64,000 bases of DNA from an uncultured Acidobacteriota bacterium (GTDB taxonomy: Bacteria > Acidobacteriota > Thermoanaerobaculia > Gp7-AA8), in assembly GCA_963822445.1 (NCBI GenBank), contig CAWGHO010000002.1, positions 1,824,001 through 1,888,000 of the forward strand. Reading direction: 5' to 3'. Below the pieces are notes generated by a model. It saw only the letters and a list, made by a program, of their open reading frames with translations, did no database searches and had not been told where the DNA came from. A program made the translations under genes and the position numbers. Position 1 is the first letter of the stretch. Each line of letters starts with the position of its first letter. Below are positions 1 through 8,973 of this stretch, piece by piece.

Positions 1-1
1 C

Positions 2-1192
2 ATCCGCTACGACCTCCTGCCGAAAGAGAGCGACATCATCCACGCCCACTTCTGGGACCGCGCGTTCGAGCTGCTCAAGCAGTCCGGCGCCGTGGTCTAC
101 GAGGAGGAGGGGAAGAGCAAGGGCTGCTGGGTCATGAAGCTCGAGGAATCGGAGCAGTTCGCGGGCATGAACGAGCCCGACAAGATCCTCGTGCGCTCGA
201 ACGGTACGGTGACCTACACCGGGAAAGACATCGCCTACCAGCTCTGGAAGCTGGGCATGCTCGATCGGACGTTCGAGTACAAGAAGTTCGAGCCGAATGC
301 CGGCTATCTGGTCTGGGAGACCACGCATGGCGGCGCGGGCGATCCGTCGGCGCCGAAGTTCGGCGGCGCGAAGCGCGTCGTGAACGTGATCGACACCCGT
401 CAGGCCTATCTGCAGAAGGTGGTCAAGGAAGGCGTCCGCCAGCTCGGTCACGTGCAGGAAGCGGAGAACTCGATCCACTACTCCTACGAGATGGTCGCGC
501 TGACGCCGAGCACGGCCAAAGAGCTGGGGATGGAGATTTCCGACGAGGATGCGAAGCGGGCCTACGTCGAAATGTCGGGACGGAAAGGCTTTGGCGTGAA
601 GGCGGACGATCTGCTCGACGAGCTGGAGCGGAAGGCGATCGACGCGGTCAAGACCAACGCGACCGAGCTCGATGACGCCACCGCGAACGAGATCGGCCGG
701 CAGGTTGCCGTGGCCGCGCTCCGCTACTTCATGCTCCGTTTCGGCCGGAACAAGGTCATCGCCTTCGACCTGAACGAAGCCCTGAAGTTCGAAGGGGACT
801 CGGGGCCGTACCTGCAGTACTCGACGGTGCGCGTGCAGAACATTTTCCGGAAGATGAAAGAGCGCGGCGTCGACCCGATGCTGACCGGCAACGCGGTCGA
901 CAACCTGACGCTGCACCAGGGGCTGACCGACGAGATGTGGGAGCTGGTGAGGTTGTCCGCGGAGTTACCCGCGGCGATCCGGCGGGCGGTGGAAGGGCTG
1001 GAGATGTCCGTGGTGACCCAGTACCTGCTGGATCTCGCGCAGAAGTTCAACAGTTTCTACCACAAGTATCCGATCCTCAATGAGAAGGACGACGCGGAGC
1101 GGCAGCGGCGGGCGGTGTGCGCGGAAGTGTTTCGGAAAACAATGGTGGGAGCGCTCGATTTGCTGGGAATTCCGGTTCCGGAGCGGATGTAA
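2..1192 (+). CDS. argS: Arginine--tRNA ligase, 5'-truncated by window edge
   Basis: Frame open from nt 2; RSNGTVTYTGKDIAY, MSGRKG (KMSKS-like) and FEGDSGPYLQYS motifs; C-terminal DALR anticodon-binding domain ending LGIPVPERM. Confidence 0.95.
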   Translation: MRYDLLPKESDIIHAHFWDRAFELLKQSGAVVYEEEGKSKGCWVMKLEESEQFAGMNEPDKILVRSNGTVTYTGKDIAYQLWKLGMLDRTFEYKKFEPNAGYLVWETTHGGAGDPSAPKFGGAKRVVNVIDTRQAYLQKVVKEGVRQLGHVQEAENSIHYSYEMVALTPSTAKELGMEISDEDAKRAYVEMSGRKGFGVKADDLLDELERKAIDAVKTNATELDDATANEIGRQVAVAALRYFMLRFGRNKVIAFDLNEALKFEGDSGPYLQYSTVRVQNIFRKMKERGVDPMLTGNAVDNLTLHQGLTDEMWELVRLSAELPAAIRRAVEGLEMSVVTQYLLDLAQKFNSFYHKYPILNEKDDAERQRRAVCAEVFRKTMVGALDLLGIPVPERM

Positions 1193-1241
1193 ACCCGGTA
1201 GAATCCCGAGCCTGGCGGCAGTCCAATCCGCCACCCACAAC

Positions 1242-1415
1242 ATGAGATACGACCTTCAGGACTTCATCCTCCGCGCGCTCATTCTTCTCGCCGGCGGCCT
1301 CGCCGCCACGCTGCTCGCCATCAAAGGCTACGGACAGGCGTTGCCCGCCGTCGCCGTGGGCGGAGCGATAGGGGCGATTTTCGCCGGACGGGTGCAGCCG
1401 CGAATCGAGGAGTAG
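1242..1415 (+). CDS. Small (57 aa) two-helix membrane protein, unknown function
   Basis: ATG at 1242 (MRYDLQDFILRALILLAGG...), hydrophobic Gly/Ala-rich segments, GC3-biased codons, TAGAAT at 1199-1204 upstream. Confidence 0.6.
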   Translation: MRYDLQDFILRALILLAGGLAATLLAIKGYGQALPAVAVGGAIGAIFAGRVQPRIEE

Positions 1416-1420
1416 GGGCG

Positions 1421-1481
1421 GTGTGGTGCAGGCCTCTGGCCTGCCTTTCTGCCACAGGCAGGCCGGAGGCCTGCACCACAC
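1421..1481. repeat. REP-like inverted-repeat doublet between convergent genes
   Basis: GTGTGGTGCAGGCCTCTGGCCTGCCT (1421-1446) pairs with 1456-1481 with one mismatch; each arm has an internal GCAGGCC/GGCCTGC palindrome. Confidence 0.85.
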
Positions 1482-1490
1482 GGGTGCCCG

Positions 1491-1727
1491 CTAGACGGCT
1501 TCTTCTTCCTGGCCTCCGCCGCCTTCTGCGCGACGGACATTCTCCGCCTGCAGCCCCTTCGGACCCTGTTTCACGTCGAACTCCACCCGCTCACCCTCGT
1601 TGAGCGTGCGATAGCCCGACGCCTGGATCGACGTGTGATGGACGAAGACGTCCTCACCCGTGTTGCGTTTGATGAACCCGAAGCCTTTGTCGTTGTTGAA
1701 CCACTTCACTGTACCAGTCTCAGGCAT
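1491..1727 (-). CDS. Cold-shock domain protein (CspA family)
   Basis: [15 protein letters not shown] (RNP1) and DVFVHHTSI (RNP2); ATG at 1727 preceded by GGAGGTAGG. Confidence 0.95.
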   Translation of the reverse strand: MPETGTVKWFNNDKGFGFIKRNTGEDVFVHHTSIQASGYRTLNEGERVEFDVKQGPKGLQAENVRRAEGGGGQEEEAV

Positions 1728-1827
1728 TCCTACCTCCGACCGCACCGTGAATCCCAGCCCGGCGCGTGCTACTCATCTGATGCGCTGCAAACCTGCGATT
1801 GCAGCAGAGTTCATTTGTGCAATGTCT

Positions 1828-2691
1828 CTACCAGATCAGTGCGCGATTCATCCCGATGCGATGAAATCCCAGCGACTCGTACAGGCGAATGGCGGGCAGG
1901 TTGAAGTCGTTGACGAACAGCGTGACCGTTTTTCCCTTGCGAATGAGGTGGCCGCAAACCTCGCGCAGCATCTCGAAAGCAAGCCCCTGCCGGCGGTAGT
2001 GGGGATGGGTCCACACTCCCATCAGCTGCACCGCGTCGTTGGTGACCGCCGAGTACTCGCACTTCGCCGCGATCACGCCGTCGACCAGCCGCACCACCGA
2101 GCGTTTCTTGTCGACCAGCTCCCGGATCCGCTCGCGATACCCGGGCGCATCGCGCTCCAGCGGATCGATGCCGACCTCTTCCTTGTGCATCGCGGCGCAC
2201 GCCGGCACGAGCTGATCGAGATCGCGCACCGTTGAATAGCGCGCGACGTTCAGATCGGGAAAATCGAGTCGCGGCTTGAGCGCGTAAATCGGCTGATTCA
2301 TCCGCACGACCGTCGGCGGATCGAGGCGCGTGCGCAACTGCGCCCACAGGACTTCGACCAGATGCGCCGGCGAGATCATGGCCCGCACCGGAAGCATGCG
2401 GGTGATGATTCGATCGGCCACCAGCGCGATCGCGGACTCGGTGATGTCCGCGCCGTACGACCGGTCCCCGGCCAGAACGATGTTCGTAGCCAGCGATGCG
2501 ACCAACACGATCGCGCCGTTGTGCCGCACGACCACGATCTGCGTCGCCGCCAGGGTCCGTTCCTCGAGCAGCCGCGAGATCAGGTAGACGTTGATCAGCG
2601 GGTCGCGCTGAAGAAACTCCTGCGCGCCCTTGAAGTCGTCTTCCGACAGAAGCCGGATCGACCATCTCCCCTCGGCGGGTAGCGTAGCCAT
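1828..2691 (-). CDS. GNAT acetyltransferase (FR47-like C-terminal domain)
   Basis: VWTHPHYRRQGLA acetyl-CoA motif A and NLPAIRLYESLGF motif B. Confidence 0.85.
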   Translation of the reverse strand: MATLPAEGRWSIRLLSEDDFKGAQEFLQRDPLINVYLISRLLEERTLAATQIVVVRHNGAIVLVASLATNIVLAGDRSYGADITESAIALVADRIITRMLPVRAMISPAHLVEVLWAQLRTRLDPPTVVRMNQPIYALKPRLDFPDLNVARYSTVRDLDQLVPACAAMHKEEVGIDPLERDAPGYRERIRELVDKKRSVVRLVDGVIAAKCEYSAVTNDAVQLMGVWTHPHYRRQGLAFEMLREVCGHLIRKGKTVTLFVNDFNLPAIRLYESLGFHRIGMNRALIW

Positions 2692-2699
2692 TTGAGGTC

Positions 2700-2786
2700 A
2701 GTCGTTAGTCGTTAGTGATTAGTCGTTAGTAGAACCTCGGCTAGTGGTTCGTCCTACTAACCACTAATCACTAACGACTAACGACT
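2700..2786. repeat. Heptamer (TCGTTAG-type) tandem inverted repeat element
   Basis: Left arm 2700-2732 AGTCGTTAGTCGTTAGTGATTAGTCGTTAGTAG is the reverse complement of 2754-2786 with 1 mismatch in 33. Confidence 0.9.
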
Positions 2787-4086
2787 AGAGCTGCGACCTC
2801 CCCAAGTATGCCAGCCCGTCGACGAACTTGTGCCACGCGCCGCGATCCTTCCACTCTCCGAGCTCGCGCTTGCGGGCGTGACGCAGGTCGGCTTCGAAGG
2901 CCGCGCGGAGCTGCGCGGCGACGGCGGCGTCGAGCACGCCGATGTTCACTTCGTCGTTGAGATCGAACGAGCGATCGTCGAAGTTCGTCGAGCCGACGCT
3001 CGACCAGACACCGTCGACGATGATCACTTTCTGGTGCAGGAGCGTCTTCTGGTACTCCCAGATCTTCACGCCCTTCTTCAGCAGCGTCCCGAAGTGATGG
3101 TGGCTGGCGTGCTGTACGACCGGGGAGTCGGTCGCGTCGTCAGACGGAACCATGATCATCACGTTCACGCCGCGCTCGACCGCTTCCTCGAGCGCTTCGA
3201 TGGCTTCGTCGTCGGGAAGGAGATAGGGGTTCTGGATGATGATCTCGCGCTTCGCGGCTTTGATGGCCAGGTAGTAGAGGATCTGCACCGAGGACACGCC
3301 GCCGCTCGGCGAGGTGTAGGCGACGTGCGTGGTCGACGTTCCGGCTGCGGGGAGATGCGGGAAGTACTTGTTGCCGGCCGGGATGATCCCGACTTCCTCG
3401 ATCCAGTTCTCCGCGAACGCGCCCTGCAGCCGGTTCACCGCCGGTCCGGTCACGCGCAGGGCCGTATCCCGCCAATGCTTCTTGTCCTGGCCGTTGCCGG
3501 TCCATTCGTCGGCGATTCCATGTCCGCCGATGAAGCCGATCCGGCCGTCGATGATGAACAGTTTGCGATGGTCGCGATTGTTCAGGCGGCCGAGGTTGCT
3601 GACGCGCAGAGGATGGAAGTGGGCGACCTTCGCGCCGGCCGCGGTGAGCATCTCCTTGATCGGCCCCTTGAGCTGGCGGCCGCCGGAGCCGTCGACGAGG
3701 ATCCGCACTTCCACGCCCTGCCGCGCCTTCTGAGCCAGCAGTTTGGCCAGCTGATTGGCGATCGTGCTCTCGTACCAGATGTAGCTTTCGATGTGGACGC
3801 TTTCCTTCGCCGCGGCGATGTCGCGCATGACCAGCGGGAAGAACCCGTCGCCGTTCTGCAGGACCTCGATGCGATTGCCTTCGTCGAGGCTCGATTGGGT
3901 GAGGCCCGCGAGCGACGGAAGCAGCGTTTGCAGCTCGCCGGCGGTCGAGACGCGAATCTTTACGTCCGGCTTCCGCTTCACGGAGTAGATGAGAATCGCC
4001 AGGAAGATCAGGCCGAGCACGGCCGTGACGGCTACGACGAGCGGAACCTCCACGTAAGTCGTCGAGCCTTTTCTCTCTTTTTTCAT
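2785..4086 (-). CDS. cls: Cardiolipin synthase (phospholipase D family)
   Basis: Two HKD motifs (HRKLFIID, HQKVIIVD...VGSTNFD), N-terminal TM helix; ATG at 4086 overlaps the upstream stop (ATGA). Confidence 0.9.
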   Translation of the reverse strand: MKKERKGSTTYVEVPLVVAVTAVLGLIFLAILIYSVKRKPDVKIRVSTAGELQTLLPSLAGLTQSSLDEGNRIEVLQNGDGFFPLVMRDIAAAKESVHIESYIWYESTIANQLAKLLAQKARQGVEVRILVDGSGGRQLKGPIKEMLTAAGAKVAHFHPLRVSNLGRLNNRDHRKLFIIDGRIGFIGGHGIADEWTGNGQDKKHWRDTALRVTGPAVNRLQGAFAENWIEEVGIIPAGNKYFPHLPAAGTSTTHVAYTSPSGGVSSVQILYYLAIKAAKREIIIQNPYLLPDDEAIEALEEAVERGVNVMIMVPSDDATDSPVVQHASHHHFGTLLKKGVKIWEYQKTLLHQKVIIVDGVWSSVGSTNFDDRSFDLNDEVNIGVLDAAVAAQLRAAFEADLRHARKRELGEWKDRGAWHKFVDGLAYLGRSQL

Positions 4087-4925
4087 GGGTGCACGAGCTC
4101 CGCAAGGACAGCGCGATGGTCGGATGGTCCGTCGTCGAGCACGCGCGCGCTGCGCACCTGCCAGCCGGGATCGATGAGGATGTAGTCGAGTCTCTGCTCC
4201 ATCACCCGGTGCGTCGGCGCCGCCGGATCGCCGGCGAACTGGAGGATGTTCTTGTCCAGGAACGAAACCATCTCCGGCGTTTCCGGCGGGGCGTTGAGAT
4301 CGCCGACGAGGATGAACGGATGCGCCGCCGCGCGGATGTGCGTGTTGACGCACTTCAGTTGCAGGTCTCGCGTCTCGCGTCCGAGGGATGCCCAGGCGGT
4401 CACGTGGGTCACGTAGAACTCGATCGTGCCGCCGTTGATGTTCACCACCGCTTCGAGCAGTGATCGCGGCTCCCCGGTGCCCGGCAGATCGTGCACTTCG
4501 CTTTTCAGAATTTTGCCGCGGGTGAGAATCGCGTTCCCGAAATCGCCGCCCATGAAGCGGTAGCTGCGCCCGAACAGGATGGTCATGCCGGTGAGCCGCG
4601 TGAGCTCCTCGGTGTGATCGCCGAAACGGGCCTGCCATGTGTTCTTGTGGGCCTCGTTGATGCCGACGATGTCCGGCTTGTGCTGGTTGATGACTTTCGC
4701 GATCTCCTCGATGTGATCGTTGCGCAGCAGCGACGCGTGCCCCTCGATGTTGAAGCTCATGACCACGAGCCTCTTCGGGTAGGTCGTCGCGAAGCGCACG
4801 GGCACGCGCGCACGGCACTCGCCTGCCTGGAATCGATACACCCCGAGGACGCGGTAGGTCATCACCAGCAGAGGGATGGCGATGATGATGGCCGTGATCT
4901 TCAGCGCGCGGCGGCGGCGGGACAT
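4083..4925 (-). CDS. Endonuclease/exonuclease/phosphatase (EEP) family protein with N-terminal anchor
   Basis: MSFNI, PDIVGINE, GNAILTR, ILVGDLN, RLDYI, SDHRAV motifs; coupled to cls like ybhP-clsB. Confidence 0.88.
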   Translation of the reverse strand: MSRRRRALKITAIIIAIPLLVMTYRVLGVYRFQAGECRARVPVRFATTYPKRLVVMSFNIEGHASLLRNDHIEEIAKVINQHKPDIVGINEAHKNTWQARFGDHTEELTRLTGMTILFGRSYRFMGGDFGNAILTRGKILKSEVHDLPGTGEPRSLLEAVVNINGGTIEFYVTHVTAWASLGRETRDLQLKCVNTHIRAAAHPFILVGDLNAPPETPEMVSFLDKNILQFAGDPAAPTHRVMEQRLDYILIDPGWQVRSARVLDDGPSDHRAVLAELVHP

Positions 4926-4947
4926 GACGGGCCGGGGCGTAGCGAGT

Positions 4948-5658
4948 TCAATGCCCGGGCGCTAACAACACCAGCACATCCTCATGCTTCCACAGCGCCG
5001 AAGCCGGGAACGACTCGTCGCTCTCGCCGCTTTGCAGCCGGGCGATCGCTTCCTGCTTTCCCTTGCCCGCGGCGAGAAGGACGATCGCCCGCGATTCGAG
5101 AATCGTCCCGATCCCCATGGTGATCGCGTGGGTGGGAACGTGTCCCGCGGGGAAGAGATCCGCGTTCGCCGTGCGTGTCGACTGGGTCAGCTCGACCACG
5201 CGTGTGCGGGCGTCGAAGGGTGTGCCGGGCTCGTTGAAGCCGATGTGGCCGTTGCGGCCGAGGCCGAGGAAGGTCAGGTCGAGACCACCGGCTTCGTGCA
5301 TCACGATCTCGTAGCGGAGGCATTCCTCATGGAGATCGGGAGCGTTGCCGTGGGGGATGTGCGCGTTCAGCGGATCGATGTCCACGTGGTCGAACAGATG
5401 CTGGCGCATGTATGTGTAGTAGCTGCCGGGATGGTCGGGCGTCACGTCGGCGTATTCGTCGAGGTTGAACGTGGTCACGTCGCGGAAGCAGTGGTACTCG
5501 CGCGAGCATTCGCGGACCACGCGCTCGTACATGCCGATGGGCGTGCGGCCGGTGGGGAGGCCGAGGACCGCGCGTGGTTTCTCGCGGATCGCGTCCAGCA
5601 TCAGATGCGCGGCGCGGTCCGCGAGCGCATCCGCCGAATCAAACGTTTCCCAGCGCAT
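4948..5658 (-). CDS. nagB: Glucosamine-6-phosphate deaminase
   Basis: LGLPTGRTP, TFNLDEY, LGLGRNGHIGFNEPG, AITMGIGTI. Confidence 0.95.
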   Translation of the reverse strand: MRWETFDSADALADRAAHLMLDAIREKPRAVLGLPTGRTPIGMYERVVRECSREYHCFRDVTTFNLDEYADVTPDHPGSYYTYMRQHLFDHVDIDPLNAHIPHGNAPDLHEECLRYEIVMHEAGGLDLTFLGLGRNGHIGFNEPGTPFDARTRVVELTQSTRTANADLFPAGHVPTHAITMGIGTILESRAIVLLAAGKGKQEAIARLQSGESDESFPASALWKHEDVLVLLAPGH

Positions 5659-6772
5659 CGCCCCTCACCCAGACCCGCTCCACGTCGAACTTCTCGGTCA
5701 GCAGCACCAGATCGGCGTCGTAACGCGATTCGATCTTTCCCTTGCGGTCGCTGACGCCCACGATGCGCGCGGGCACTTCCGTGGCCAGCGGCAGCACCGT
5801 TTCCAGGGGGAGACCCGCGAGCTCGACCATGTTCTTCACTGCACCGGCCATGGTGAGCACGCTTCCCGCCAGCGTCCCGTCGGTCAGCCGCGCGGCGCCG
5901 TCAGCCACGGTCACCTCGTAGTCGTAGAGCTTGTACGTGCCGTCGGCGAGGCCGCAGGCGCGCATGGCGTCGGTGATGAGCGCGATGCGATGGGGCATGG
6001 CCGTCACGGCGAGGCGAAGCGCTGCCTGATGCACGTGAACGCCGTCGGCGATCAACTCCGCGGTCGCATCGACGCTGGTCATCGCCGCGCCGACGACGCC
6101 GGGATCGCGATGATGCAGTCCGGTCATGGCGTTGAAGAGGTGGGTGAAGTGGCACGCGCCCCATTCCAGCGCGGCGACGGCGGTGGCGTGATTCGCGGAG
6201 GTGTGGCCGATGGAGAAGAGCACGCGGTCGCGGAAGTGCTCGATCAGCGCCTGCGCTCCTTCGATCTCCGGGGCGATGGTGACGATCCAGCGCAGCCGCG
6301 GGGCTTCGTTGATCAGCGCCGCGAGCTCGTGGATATCCGAAGGTCTGATCGACGTCAGGTCCTGCGCGCCGGCACGCTCGCGGTTGATGTACGGACCTTC
6401 GAGATGCACGCCGACGATCTCCGCGCCATCGGGTGTTCCCGCGGCGACGCGGCGGATGGCTTCGACGGCGGTTTGCAGGTCGCCTCGCGAGGCCGACAGC
6501 GTCGTCGCCGCGAGCGCGGTCGTGCCGTGGCGCGCGTGAAAGCGGAGGATGCGCTCCGTTCCTTCGTCGTGCGCGTCCATGAAATCCGCGCCGTCGCCAC
6601 CGTGAACGTGCACGTCGATGAAGCCGGGCACGAGGATTCCGCGAAGGCGGTCCGCGTCGGCGGGCACGCGCGTCGTGCGCTCGACGTCCGCGATGACCGC
6701 CCCGTCCAGCGTGATCAGCACATCCTCGTGAATCGCGGCGTCGACGAAGGCGCGGCCGTACAGATGTTTCAC
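5639..6772 (-). CDS. nagA: N-acetylglucosamine-6-phosphate deacetylase
   Basis: PGFIDVHVHG, GVHLEGPY, THLFNAM, IADGVHVH, LAGSVLTM. Confidence 0.95.
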   Translation of the reverse strand: MKHLYGRAFVDAAIHEDVLITLDGAVIADVERTTRVPADADRLRGILVPGFIDVHVHGGDGADFMDAHDEGTERILRFHARHGTTALAATTLSASRGDLQTAVEAIRRVAAGTPDGAEIVGVHLEGPYINRERAGAQDLTSIRPSDIHELAALINEAPRLRWIVTIAPEIEGAQALIEHFRDRVLFSIGHTSANHATAVAALEWGACHFTHLFNAMTGLHHRDPGVVGAAMTSVDATAELIADGVHVHQAALRLAVTAMPHRIALITDAMRACGLADGTYKLYDYEVTVADGAARLTDGTLAGSVLTMAGAVKNMVELAGLPLETVLPLATEVPARIVGVSDRKGKIESRYDADLVLLTEKFDVERVWVRGDALGNV

Positions 6773-7950
6773 AGGCAGATTTTCCCCAACACGGTCGGCC
6801 GCCCGCCCGTCGCACCGGCGACGTTCGTCACCAGACCGACCACCGAATCGTTCGCGATCATGGCCATGGCCATCGCTTCCTTGGCCTCGCTCGCTTTGTA
6901 CGTGAGGATGCGCTGCTTCGGCATGCGCTCTTTGATCATCGCCACCAGCGTCGGATTCTTCGCGCCGCCGCCGGCGAGCAGGACTTCGTGCACCGGACCG
7001 CGCGGATGGATGAAGTCGCGATACCCGCGGGCGATGCTCTCCGCGGTCAACGCCGTGGCCGTGGCGATGAGGTCATCGAGCGAGACGCCCTGGGCCTGCT
7101 GGATGATCCGTCGCGCGAACTGCGAGCCGAAGAGCTCGCGGCCGGTCGTCTTCGGCGGCGACTTCGCGAAGTAGGGGTCGGACATCCATTGCTCGAGCAG
7201 TTCATGGCGCACGCGTCCCGCGGCAGCGAGGGCTCCGTCGACGTCGTAGGTCTGACGGCCGTTCGTCGCGACCCAGGCCAGCTCGTCGATGATCATGTTT
7301 CCCGGTCCGGTATCGAACGCGAACACGTCTTCCCACGTCGCTTTCGGCGGGATGTAGGTGACGTTGCCGATGCCGCCGATGTTCTGGATGGCCCGGCCGC
7401 GCGATTTGTGCCGCAGCAGGACCCAGTCGAAGTACGGGACGAGCGGCGCACCCTGGCCACCCGCGGCGACGTCGCGGACGCGCAAATCGCCGACGGTGAT
7501 GATGCCCGTGCGCTCGGCGATGACGGCCGACTGTCCGATGGCGAACGTCGAGCGCGTTTCGATGCGGTGGTCGAGCCAGTCGACGTCGGGCTCGACCAGA
7601 ATCAGCTCCGGGTCATGCCAGACGGTCTGCCCCGCCGACGCGACGAGGTCCACCGTGTCGGCCTTGATCTTCGTCTCTTTGAGGAGCCGCAGAATCGCCG
7701 CGGCGAAGACTTCGCCGAGGATGAAGTCGTAGCGGCAGATGTCGTCGACGCGGGCTTTTGCGGGATCGAAGAAGTCGCGCACGACCGAGCGGATCTTCGG
7801 GGGATAGGGATAGCTGCGGAAGTGCTCGAGCCGGACCACGGCGTTGAGGCCGTGCTTCTGGATGCGGACCATGGCCACGTCGATGGCGTCGAGCGACGTG
7901 CCGGACATCATCCCGATGATGCGCCGCGAGTATTTCGTGGCGACGTGCAT
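6769..7950 (-). CDS. anmK: Anhydro-N-acetylmuramic acid kinase
   Basis: IIGMMSGTSLDAID, DVAAGGQGAPLVP, NIGGIGN, FDTGPGN, PPKTTGRE; ATG at 7950. Confidence 0.95.
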   Translation of the reverse strand: MHVATKYSRRIIGMMSGTSLDAIDVAMVRIQKHGLNAVVRLEHFRSYPYPPKIRSVVRDFFDPAKARVDDICRYDFILGEVFAAAILRLLKETKIKADTVDLVASAGQTVWHDPELILVEPDVDWLDHRIETRSTFAIGQSAVIAERTGIITVGDLRVRDVAAGGQGAPLVPYFDWVLLRHKSRGRAIQNIGGIGNVTYIPPKATWEDVFAFDTGPGNMIIDELAWVATNGRQTYDVDGALAAAGRVRHELLEQWMSDPYFAKSPPKTTGRELFGSQFARRIIQQAQGVSLDDLIATATALTAESIARGYRDFIHPRGPVHEVLLAGGGAKNPTLVAMIKERMPKQRILTYKASEAKEAMAMAMIANDSVVGLVTNVAGATGGRPTVLGKICL

Positions 7951-7983
7951 GAGGCGCTCGAGGCGGTTCAAGCGTGATCTCCG

Positions 7984-8086
7984 CGTACGGCGGGCGTCCC
8001 GCCCGCATTCCGCCGGGCGTTTCGCCCGGCGGTCCATCCGGCCGGGCAGGATGCCCGTCCGTGGCGGGCGGGACGCCCGCCGTACG
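7984..8086. repeat. Four-hairpin REP/REPIN-like element (copy 1)
   Basis: Outer IR CGTACGGCGGGCGTCCCGCCCGC / GCGGGCGGGACGCCCGCCGTACG enclosing two inner hairpins; near-identical outer arms at 61107-61207. Confidence 0.88.
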
Positions 8087-8089
8087 GGC

Positions 8090-8947
8090 TCACTCGAGCA
8101 CCTCGCGCAGAGTGTTCCGCTCGAGAAGCGCTCGCGCTTCGTCCGCGCTCACCTTCTTCTTCGCGATGACCGTGGCTACCTTCACGTTGCCATCGGCATC
8201 GCGAATGGCCTGCACGGCCATCGGTCTGGTCGCGCCGGACGCCAGCTCCACCATCCGCACGGCGCGGTTGCGGAGCTTCTCGTTGGTGGCGGGCATGTCG
8301 ATCATGAGATTTGAGTAGACGCGGCCGAGGCGGATCATCACGCCGGTGGAGATCTGATTGAGGACGAGCTTCTGCGCGGTGCCGCTCTTCATGCGCGTCG
8401 AGCCCATGATCACTTCCGGACCGGTCTCGATGACGATGGGGATGTCGACGTCTTTGGCGAGCGGCGAGCCGGGAACGTTGGTGATGCCGACCGTCAGCGC
8501 GCCGAGCATGTTCGCCCGCCGGACCACGGCGACGGTGTAGGGCGTCGTTCCCGAGGCAGCAATTCCGATCACCGCATCATCCGCCTTGACCTCGGCATTC
8601 ACCGCGGCGACGGCAGCCTCTTCGTCGTCCTCCGCCCCTTCCGCGGCGTGAAAGTAAGCGCGCTCGCCGCCGGCGATCAGCACTTTCACGACGTCAAGGC
8701 CGTAGGTCGGAGGCAATTCCGACGCGTCGAGCATGGCGATTCGCCCGCTCGTGCCCGCGCCGGCGTAGAACAAACGGCCGCCGTGGCGAAGGCGCTCGGC
8801 GATCTGGTCGACGGCGTGAGCGATGCGCTCGGCCTGGGCGGCGACGGCGCCGGCAACCAGCGCGTCCTGCTCCTGAATGATCCGAACGATGTCGATCGTC
8901 GGCCGGCGGTCGATGTCGAGGCTGGCCTCGAGCCTGTCCTGGCTCAT
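8090..8947 (-). CDS. murQ: N-acetylmuramic acid 6-phosphate etherase
   Basis: GAGTSGR, DASELPPTYG, EGAEDD, GIAASGTTPY, GSTRMKSGTAQK. Confidence 0.95.
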   Translation of the reverse strand: MSQDRLEASLDIDRRPTIDIVRIIQEQDALVAGAVAAQAERIAHAVDQIAERLRHGGRLFYAGAGTSGRIAMLDASELPPTYGLDVVKVLIAGGERAYFHAAEGAEDDEEAAVAAVNAEVKADDAVIGIAASGTTPYTVAVVRRANMLGALTVGITNVPGSPLAKDVDIPIVIETGPEVIMGSTRMKSGTAQKLVLNQISTGVMIRLGRVYSNLMIDMPATNEKLRNRAVRMVELASGATRPMAVQAIRDADGNVKVATVIAKKKVSADEARALLERNTLREVLE

Positions 8948-8954
8948 GGTCTCG

Positions 8955-8964
8955 AAGATATCAT
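8955..8964. promoter_or_regulatory. Overlapping bidirectional -10 boxes (TATCTT on -, TATCAT on +)
   Basis: AAGATATCAT lies 7 nt before the murQ ATG and 9 nt before the 8974 ATG; no SD in the 26-bp gap. Confidence 0.55.
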
Positions 8965-8973
8965 CCGCTCTCC

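Noticed and set aside
1491-1727. Cold-shock protein tail as the Pup/UBact modifier for the PafA-like enzyme
   Set aside because: GGQ is followed by EEEAV rather than being C-terminal, and the gene is 27 kb away; kept only as a low-interest note
2785-4818. 677-aa ORF as an N-terminally extended cardiolipin synthase
   Set aside because: The extension overlaps the EEP gene in another frame and is Arg-rich nonsense; the real start is the ATG at 4086
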